Source: Mytilus trossulus (Eukaryota). From it: a stretch of DNA of 64,000 nucleotides. Location of the stretch: contig NC_086381.1 in the NCBI RefSeq assembly GCF_036588685.1, positions 69,936,001 through 70,000,000 on the forward strand, given 5' to 3'. Shown piece by piece: positions 54,226 through 64,000 of the stretch. Both the position numbers and the translations under genes were made by a program. Below the pieces are notes generated by a model, which was not told where the DNA came from, searched no databases, and saw only the letters and a list, made by a program, of their open reading frames with translations. Position 1 is the stretch's first letter. Every line of letters begins with the position of its first letter.

Positions 54226-55420
54226 TCCACAATAGACAGGTTACTATACAATGTGTTCTATTACATCTACAATAGACAGGTTATACAATGTGTTCTATTA
54301 CATCCACAATAGACAGGTTACTATACAGTGTGTTCTATTACATCCACAATAGACAGGTTACTATACAGTGTGTTCTATTACATCCACAATAGGCAGGTTA
54401 TACAATGTGTTCTATTACATCCACAATAGACAGGTTACTATACAGTGTGTTCTATTACATCCACAATAGACAGGTTACTATACAGTGTGTTCTATTACAT
54501 CCACAATAGACAGGTTATACAATGTGTTCTATTACATCCACAATAGACAGGTTACTATACAGTGTGTTCTATTACATCCACAATAGACAGGTTACTATAC
54601 AGTGTGTTCTATTACATCTGTAAAAGACAGGTTACTATACAATGTGTTCTATTACATCCACAAAAGACATGTTATACAATGTGTTCTATTACATCCACAA
54701 TAGGCAGGTTACTGTACAATTTGTTCTGTTACATCCACAATAGAAATGTTACTGTACAATGTGTTCAATTACATCCACAATAGGCAGGTTACTATACAAT
54801 GTGTTCTATTACATCTACCATAGGCAGGTTACTATACAGTGTGTTCTATTACATCTGCAATATGCAGGTTATACAATGTGTTCAATTACATCCACAATAG
54901 GCAGGTTACTATACAATGTGTTCTATTACATCCACAATAGACATGTTACTATACAATGTGTTCTATTACATCCACAATAGGCAGGTTACTATACAATGTG
55001 TTCTATTACATCTGCAATAGGCAAGTTACTATACAATGTGATCTATTACATACACAATAGAAATGTTACTGTACAATGTGTTCTATTACATCCACAATAG
55101 GCAGGTTACTATACAGTGTGTTCTATTACATCTGCAATAGGCAGGTTACTATACAATGTGTTCTATTACATACACAATAGAAAGGTTACTATACAATGTG
55201 TTCTATTACATACACAATATACAGGTAACTATATATACAGTGTGTTTTATTACATCTACAATAGGCAGGTTACTATACAATGTGTTCTATTACATACACA
55301 ATAGACAGGTTACTATGCAGTGTGTTCTATTACATCTGCAAAAGACAGGTAACTATACAATATGTTCTATTACATCTGCAATATACAGGTCACTATACAA
55401 TGTGTTCTATAACATCCACA
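54226..55420. repeat. 40-bp (37-bp variant) minisatellite, ~30 copies
   Basis: Unit CCACAATAGACAGGTTACTATACAATGTGTTCTATTACAT. Confidence 0.95.
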
Positions 55421-57415
55421 AAAAAAATGAACAAATGCGATGGTTGAATACATAATAAGCCATACGGCATGACCAATGGGGACATACATATAATGTCAAA
55501 ATCCACATATCCAGTCGACTTTGCCTAGGCAGTCGATGGAATCATTTTTTAAGATGACTGTTGCTGTTCAATTGCATTATAACGAGTGTCGGTGTTAGGG
55601 ATCTATCGTGTATGGGAAGTGCACTTTGACACAAAATCTCAAAATGAAAAAAAACAGCAAGAAAAAACCCATTGTTCTTTCAGTATATTGTAATTTCCAT
55701 GTTTTTTCATGAGGTATTTGTCACTAGTATAGTATTTTAGATAGTAATTTGTACCACGTCCCGTTTTAATGACATGTCGTACTTATCTTTTGTTTTATGC
55801 ATTACAAAGAGGTATTATTCTACCAGACACAATCAAACATGATTGCCAATGGCAGTTATAAAAGTTCTATATTTCGATGCACTCAACTGTCAAGTAGTAT
55901 ATCCTATTAGTATACTTATTACTATCTAATATTTAATGGAAGTTCAAATAGTTGCCTTTTAGACGCAGAACAATCAACTACTAAACAATCAATAATACTA
56001 AAGAAACCATGATAGACCGATTAATGGTGTCTTGCTTTATTAATTTATCTTAATTAAAGGTAGACAATTTTTTAATATCTTTTTATATTCGACAGCTAAG
56101 GGTTGCAATTTAGTGCCTTCTACAGAAAGGAACAGGCTATATCGTAACCTTGGCCAGCGAAGATGATCATTTACATGCATGACCGAAATCAGTACGAAGG
56201 TTCTGCCAAAAACGCTCGACCTTGATTTTCTACATTAAATAACTGAATAAATAACATAAAAAGGATGTTTTAACCTTTTTCATGAATGTGTGCTAAATTA
56301 TAAGTATACTAGCCACTTTTACGCTTTTAAATACCTCGTAAAATAGAAACACACCGAAGAGTCTATAAAGGTTAAAGTTATGCTTTAATCAGGACGAGAT
56401 GTATAAATATAAAGTTGACTAGTTAAAGCTCAGTACAAATGTAAGATGTTGTAATTTGATTTTTGAGTGAAAGAATAGAAAAAAGTTGTCAAGGTGACGG
56501 TATTGGCTGGTTGACTTTTTTTTAAATGTCTTTTGAAATAAATGATAAATACACTTATGTTCAGCATAAGTGACTTTATGGTACAATGAAAGACTAAATT
56601 GTAAATGTATTCAGACTTGTGTTATCATGTTTTGTAAATTTTAGAAATATGTAGAAAATAGTTATGGATGGTACATATGTGATTGTCTAACTTGGAACTC
56701 ATTGGAATTTTGTAATTGATAAGGGGGTGCTACTTTAACATGTTTAAGCACATGTTTTAATTTTCAGCTTCCATTCCAAATAGCTGCCAAAGGAAGAACA
56801 CACATAAATTTGGTGACATTCAATTTTCATAAAATATTTCAAACATTTATTTTTGGTTGAGTTTTTTTTGTTTGGGTGTGTGTGGGCTTTTATTGAGATG
56901 TTTTTGCATTTGTCTTTTGATGTATGTATATTTATTATTTAAATCAAACCGTAGTGTAGTGTATGTTGTATCATTTAAGATCGAGTAGGTATATGGTTAA
57001 CGTGATAATTAAATGTATTATGCCTACTGTCCGAAAGTTCTTCACTTTTTAAGATTTTATGATTCATGATAACATGTATAACGACCGTATGGTTTATTCC
57101 GGAAGTTCTTCACTTTAAAAAAAAAAAAATTATGATTCCTTTTAACGACCGTATGGTTTATTCCAGAAGCTTCTGCTAACAACAGCAAATTGATATAGAG
57201 CCGGAAAAAACTTACTATAAATTTGATATTATAGAATTACATTTGACCTTGAATTCAGTCTGTCATATAAGAAAGTATTAAATATCAAATAAAGTTTGAA
57301 CCATATTCATAACAGTATGCCATATACCAATGCGTGTTTATTATAGGTAACTTATCTACAGATGATAGAATAATAATGGTATGTGCAACGTTTCAATATA
57401 CATGATATATAGAGA

Positions 57416-57543
57416 ATAATACATGGAAAAATCCGTAGGATATGTCGTATCATCCGCAGACATCAATATCAGCCCAAGGGCCTTTAGGGATGATGTTGGT
57501 CGAGGGTGATACGACATGTGATACAGATTTTGCCATGTTTTAT
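57416..57543. repeat. Imperfect long hairpin (Crypton-like non-autonomous end)
   Basis: ACATGGAAAAATCCGTA..ATGTCGTATCA..ATCAGCCC / GGGATGAT..TGATACGACAT..TACAGATTTTGCCATGT. Confidence 0.7.
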
Positions 57544-58544
57544 ACGCTATATCATATATTTCAACAGGAGAGTATTATATTATATGAACTGTTTTATGAT
57601 CTATACCAACGGGTTACCTTCAGTTCTACTTTTGTCTTGTTTTAAAATCCTTAAAAGAACTGCTCAATCACTTATCCTAAGCACCTTATTATTGTATTTT
57701 TTTGTGTGTTTTGTATTTTTTATACTTGCATTTAGTGTGCCAAAAATATGAAAACTTGAACGGTACGCACGGTATTGCGTCGCAAGACGTAACAGGCATA
57801 ATTGACAAATGTGACGCCATATACTAACTTTGACATTTTGTTATCAAGAGCGGAGAACCTACTCGGTCGACTTTTATTAAATAATAAAATACGCATCGTA
57901 GTTATTTTGTGATCTGTAATGAGATGAAAACAAATGCCAATTTTTCCAATTTTATTTTGGATAGGATACATATCAACCTTTAAAAAAATCTTGCTTCCGG
58001 AGGAACACATAAAGACAAAAATATAGCTGAACATTTTTTTTACAAATTGAACATAAACACTTATGGTATTTATTTCATAAGAATCGGTCATATAATAATT
58101 CAGCAATATTTCTTATTATAAGGATTTTAGTTGAAATTGTTTTTTTTTTAGATTGAACACACTGTTTTCCAATATTTGAATGTGTCTGTGCGATTTTTTA
58201 GATCATTTCTCTATCTTTTTAGTACTAATGGTTTTATTTCACAAATACGTATTTATTTAATTCTTTAAAAATCATAAGACCATTGTACCTCGGATTCTAA
58301 TCGGTTTCTAATCTATAAAGGTGTTTTAGATTTGCGTGAAAAGTTTTGTCCATAAGAAATTATCCCTCGGCCCATCCAACTTGTTCTCTATGACTATAAA
58401 GGGGTTACAATTCCTTATGTTTGTGTGTTTTTCAAATCTGAGTGTTATATTGATACAGCAGATCATTTTGGAACGAACATTTTCCGGCATCATTTTAACT
58501 GCCTAAACAGTTCGTAAATAGTGTTTATTTGTATAAAAGACGTC

Positions 58545-58742
58545 ACTGTGGAGAAACGTCAAAATGACGCCCCTGGACATAATGGCTAGACATATGGATT
58601 GTCTGGCCTTTGTTAGTCTTGTGTTATTTTGATTTAAGTTTCTTGTGTACAATTTGGAAATTAGTATGGCGTTCATTATTACTGAACTAGTATATATTTG
58701 TTTAGGGGCCAGCTGAAGGACGCCTCCGGGTGCGGGAATTTC
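58545..58742 (-). mobile_element. Dispersed repeat of the GAATGG..GGGGAATGTGTCAAA family (also 5785-5916 and 44313-44472)
   Basis: Shared CAGCTGGCCCCTAAA..ACTAGTTCAG and TCCCGCACCCGGAGG motifs. Confidence 0.55.
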
Positions 58743-59009
58743 TATTCTCTTTTTTATAAGTTTCAAGTTCTTTGGATTTCAACTTCATCAAAAACTACCT
58801 TGACCAAACACTTCAACCTAAGAGGGACAGATAGACGTACGCACGAACGAACAGACAGACAGACGAACGAACGAACTGACGCACAGACCAAAAAACGCTT
58901 AGAGGCATACAAAAATATATTTTCAATAAGGCATCTCAATTGTAACATTTAGTGGTCATCTTGACTTTGTAGTGAGGTGTGCGGTTTGCCCGGGGCATGA
59001 TGATCGATC

Positions 59010-61828
59010 GATTGGTTGATTGATTGTTTAACGCCACTTTCAACACAATTGGGTTTTAGCTCACCTGGCCCAAAGGGCCAAGTGAGCTTTTCTCATCACT
59101 TGGCGTCCGGCGTCCGTCGTCGTCCGTCGTCGTCGTCCGTCGTCGTCCTGCGTTTGGCGTTAACTTTTACAAAAATCTTCTCCTCTGAAACTACTAGGCC
59201 AAATTTAACCAAACTTGGCCACAATCATCATTGGGGTATCTAGTTTAAAAATTGTGTCCGGTGACCCCGCCAACTAACCAAGATGGCCGCCATGGCTATA
59301 AATAGAACATAGGGGTAAAATGCAGTTTTTGGCTTATAACTCAAAAACCAAAGCATTTAGGGCAAATCTGACATGGGGGTAATATTGTTAATCAGGTTAA
59401 GATCTATCTGCTCTGAAATTTTCAGATGAATCTGACATTCCGTTGTTTGGTTGCTGCCCCTGAATTGGTAATTTTAAGGAAATTTTGTTGTTTTTGGTTA
59501 TTATCTTGAATATTATTTTAGATAGAGATAAACTGTAAAAGCAATAATGTTCAGCAAAGTAAGATCTACAAATAAGTCAACATGACCAAAATGATCAGTT
59601 GACCACTTTAGGAGTTATTGCCCTTTATAGTCAATTTTTAACCATTTTTCGTAAATCTTAGTAATCTTTTAGAAAAATCTTCTCCTCTGAAACTGCTTGG
59701 CCAAATTATTTGAAACTTGGCCACAATCATCATTGGGGTATCTAGTTTAAAAATTGTGTCCGGTGACCCCGCCAACTAACCAAGATGGCCGCCATGGCTA
59801 TAAATAGAACATAGGGGTAAAATGCAGTTTTTGGCTTATAACTCAAAAACCAAAGCATTTAGGGCAAATCTGACATGGGGGTAATATTGTTAATCAGGTT
59901 AAGATCTATCTGCTCTGAAATTTTCAGATGAATCTGACATTCCGTTGTTTGGTTGCTGCCCCTGAATTGGTAATTTTAAGGAAATTTTGTTGTTTTTGGT
60001 TATTATCTTGAATATTATTTTAGATAGAGATAAACTGTAAAAGCAATAATGTTCAGCAAAGTAAGATCTACAAATAAGTCAACATGACCAAAATGATCAG
60101 TTGACCACTTTAGGAGTTATTGCCCTTTATAGTCAATTTTTAACCATTTTTCGTAAATCTTAGTAATCTTTTAGAAAAATCTTCTCCTCTGAAACTGCTT
60201 GGCCAAATTATTTGAAACTTGGCCACAATCATCATTGGGGTATCTAGTTTAAAAATTGTGTCCGGTGACCCCGCCAACTAACCAAGATGGCCGCCATGGC
60301 TATAAATAGAACATAGGGGTAAAATGCAGTTTTTGGCTTATAACTCAAAAACCAAAGCATTTAGGGCAAATCTGACATGGGGTAATATTGTTAATCAGGT
60401 TAAGATCTATCTGCTCTGAAATTTTCAGATGAATCTGACATTCCGTTGTTTGGTTGCTGCCCCTGAATTGGTAATTTTAAGGAAATTTTGTTGTTTTTGG
60501 TTATTATCTTGAATATTATTTTAGATAGAGATAAACTGTAAACAGCAATAATGTTCAGCAAAGTAAGATCTACAAATAAGTCAACATGACCAAAATGATC
60601 AGTTGACCACTTTAGGAGTTATTGCCCTTTATAGTCAATTTTTAACCATTTTTCGTAAATCTTAGTAATCTTTTAGAAAAATCTTCTCCTCTGAAACTGC
60701 TTGGCCAAATTATTTGAAACTTGGCCACAATCATCATTGGGGTATCTAGTTTAAAAATTGTGTCCGGTGACCCCGCCAACTAACCAAGATGACCACCATG
60801 GCTATAAATAGAACATAGGGGTAAAATGCAGTTTTTGGCTTATAACTCAAAAACCAAAGCATTTAGAGCAAATCTGACATGGGATAAAATTGTTAATCAG
60901 GTGAAGATCTATCTGCCCTGAAATTTTCAGATGAATTGGACAACCTGTTTTTGGGTTGCAGCCCCTGAATTGGTAATTTTAGGGAAATTTTGCTGTTTTT
61001 GGTTATTATATTGAATATTATTATAGATATAGGTAAACTGTAAACAGCAATAATGTTCAGCAAGGTCAGATTTACAAATAAGTCAACATGACCAAAATGG
61101 TCAGTTGACCTCTTTAGGAGTTATTGCCCTTTAAAGTCAATTTTTAACCATTTTTCGTAAATTTTATATATCTTTTACTAAAATCTTCTTCTCTGAAACT
61201 GCTGTGCCAAATTGATCCAAACTTGGCCACAATCATCTTTGGGGTTTTTTGTTTAAAAAATGTGTCCGGTGACCTGGCCATCAAACCAAGATGGCTGCCA
61301 CGGCTAAAAATAGAACATGGGGGTAAAATGCAGTTTTTGGCTTATAACTCAAAAACCAAATAATTGAGAGAATTGGTAATTTTAAGGACATTTTGCTGTT
61401 TTTGGTTATTATATTGAATATTATTATAGATATAGGTAAACTATAAACAGCAATAATTTTCAGCAAAGTAAGATCTACAAATATGTCAACATGAACGAAA
61501 TGGTCAATTGACCCCTGTAGGAGTTATTGACCTTTGTAGTCAATTTTCAATCTGCTTCCTTTGTTTAATATTCACATAGACCAAGGTGAGCGACACAGGC
61601 TCTTTAGAGCCTCTAGTTATCTTTGCGGTCATTTTTTATTGGTAGAGGAAGAAAACCGGACCGCCCTGAGAGAACCACCATTCGAAAGGAATACTGTGAC
61701 AATTTAAATTGGAATCGAACGCATCTGTCTTGTGCGGGGTTCGAACTCACCACATCACCACATCACGTGACAGGTTAGTGATACAGTAGGTGAACATCTG
61801 AGACAACATGGCCTCCGTAGCCACTCCG
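59010..61828 (-). mobile_element. tRNA-like SINE split by a HINE insertion (59010-59073 and 61617-61828)
   Basis: TTTAACGCCACTTTCAAC tail half; the other half carries TTTTATTGGT.GAGGAA..ACCGGA and a B-box-like GGTTCGAACTC. Confidence 0.65.
59077..61616 (+). mobile_element. HINE family C, young copy with ~4.7 tandem ~503-bp units
   Basis: 5' AGCTCACCTGGCCC AAA GGGCCAAGTGAGCT hairpin, (CGT/CCGT)n, near-identical units, 3' AGGTGAGC plus AGGCTCTTTAGAGCCT hairpin, TT flanks. Confidence 0.85.
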
Positions 61829-62899
61829 TAATGAAGTGAAAGTTTGGGAATAAAAACAGCATGAAACAGCATTACAAGCGGTTATTAATTACCCCCCCCC
61901 CCCTAACTTATTTCTGGAAATCATTTGATGACAGTAAATTGGTAAAAAATACACTGGCTATCAACCAATCAAAATCCCGGATTCTTACATAAGGTGTAAT
62001 TAAGCCTATGACATTATTTCACGGAAATATGTAAACCGACGTGTGCTCTTTATTATAGTAGTATTATGTATGGATGATTTGGTGTTTAAAACCAGCTAAT
62101 GGTGTCTATCTAATATCCAAAAAGAGTTTCTTCGCTGAGAAAGGAAACAGGTTCTTTGTGAGTCTCTTCAAAGACTGTAGTAATAGAAAGCACGGTAATG
62201 ATTTTATATTCTATCTGGCTTCAACAGCAAAACATACAGTGATGATATAAAGATGCAATTGACCTTTTGCGTATATAATCGGGTCAAATTCGTATACAGT
62301 CCGTTTTTCAACCGGATTAAACACTATTTGCTACTTGACCTTTTTTTAAATCTTTTCTATTGTATATTTAAAATTGACTTTCCTTAAGATGTTCAAATAT
62401 TCATTTTTCAAGAAATTGGGATTATGAAAATAATCAAATTAGTTATATTTTTACTTTCAAGTCATGAATTCCTCTTGTAAGATGCTGACCGAATAGAGCT
62501 GCATAAAATTTAATCGTTCTGATTTTATATGTGATTCTATAGTATTGTAAATGTGACATGGAATACTGGTTAATTTGCCAAATTATGATGATTAACATGC
62601 ATGTAAACCCTGTTCACACAAAAAAAAAATCATTTTTTTTAGTTTGAGAAATTCATTACAAAATTTGACTTTTCAAGACCACAAATTAATTAAAGCCTTT
62701 GCTTAATTGTTTCATAAATATTAAGGATTAAGTTTGGAAGTTTGGCTGTACCTGTAGAAAACTAATCACAAGCATGCTCCTAAGAAAATTAAAAGGGTAA
62801 AAATACCCAACAACCAGAGTGGTGGACTGCTGATATGAAAAGTGCTCGATACCAAAGAGATTATTTTCATAGAATTGGAGATATAAATAATTATAAAAT

Positions 62900-64000
62900 T
62901 TTGCGAAATAAGGTGACATTTTTTGTAGAACATGTAAAGAAAAAGTATAGTTTCAAAATGCTATTTCAAATTGTAAAGATAGTAAAACTATTTGGAAATA
63001 TGTCAAAAGTTTAAATATAAAAAAATACATAATAACATCACGCATTTAGAATATAAAAATAGTGTTATTGAAAATGATGTTGATATAGCAAATATATTTA
63101 ATATGCATTTCACAAATATTGCGGACGGTATAGTTGATAACAAATTATGTAATAACGATGAATGTCCAAGTTTCGATGTACTCAACATTTGTGAAAGTTA
63201 CACAGGGGTTAGATGTAAAAATGTATTTAAATAAACTTGATAAGTCTAAAGCAACTGGTTTAGATGATGTCGGACCAATTATTTTGAGCATGTGAAAGTG
63301 ATGTCATTGTACCAGCTTTGACATATATATTTAATCTAAGCATCAAATGTGGTAAATTTCCAAGAATTTTTAAAACTGCAAGAGTATGCCCAATTTTTAA
63401 AAGTGGCGATGTCTGTAATCATGATAATTAGAAACCAATAGCAGTTTTGCCTTAATTGTCTCTCCAAAATCATAGAACGACATAACGCTCATAGTTTGTA
63501 TATATATTAAAATAGTAATGTAAATGACCTACTTTATACTAAGCAGTCAGGTTTCAGACCTAAACATTCGTGCACTACTGCACTTACTAAATGAGTAGAT
63601 GAATGGTTAGCAAATATAGATAATGGAGAGATAAACGGAGTTATATTTTTAGATTTGAAGAAAGCTTTTGATCTGGTTAATCATATAATTTTATTGAAAA
63701 AACTTGAATATTATAATATTTCAAACTGTACACTAGACTGGTTTATCTCATACTTGTTTCATCGAAGTCAACAAGTTAAGGTCAATAACGTCTAAAAACC
63801 GAAAAAAACTGGTGTACCTCAAGGCTCTATCCTGTTATTTATTTTATATATCAATGATTTACCACTGAACATAGAAAATTCATTAATAGATTTATTTGCA
63901 GATGATTCTACTTTGCACAGTTAAATGCTAACCTTCAAAATGATATTTATATGATTGAAAACTGGTGTTCGCAAAATTGTAGAAACTAAATGCCAAAAAA
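62900..64000 (+). pseudogene. Degraded LINE (CR1/L2-like) reverse transcriptase
   Basis: IANIFNMHFTNI, LDKSKATGLD, YIFNLSI..GKFP..FKTARVCPIFKSG, QSGFRPKHSC, FLDLKKAFDLVNH.ILLKKL, GVPQGS, YINDLP, LFADD, with stops and frameshifts. Confidence 0.92.

Noticed and set aside
54562-55455. Repetitive ORFs
   Set aside because: Translations of a 40-bp minisatellite.
61730-61828. tRNA gene
   Set aside because: Only a B-box-like motif within a SINE head; no cloverleaf.

Overview
AT-rich, intron-rich animal genomic DNA. The repeat families look like those of a bivalve mollusc, probably Mytilus-like (inferred from recalled repeat motifs, not checked by search). Bases ~834-29129 (+) hold the 3' part of a multi-exon gene. 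It encodes the end of an intermediate-filament coil-2 rod, a Pro/Ser/Thr/Gln/Tyr-rich linker and a lamin-tail domain that closely matches LMNTD1, and all exon phases join cleanly. Two of its exon 3' ends, each with its 5' splice site, have been amplified into tandem arrays (7 x 35 bp and ~67 x 64 bp). One intron contains a ~3.05-kb intron-bearing Crypton-type tyrosine-recombinase (DUF3504-like) DNA transposon with a 160-bp terminal hairpin, nested inside a Helentron-type non-autonomous element (HINE). The rest of the window is mostly HINEs with internal tandem arrays, TIR MITEs, minisatellites, a split tRNA-like SINE, a GC-rich element with terminal direct repeats and a degraded CR1/L2-like LINE reverse transcriptase at the right edge. 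Most short ORFs in the supplied track are spurious.
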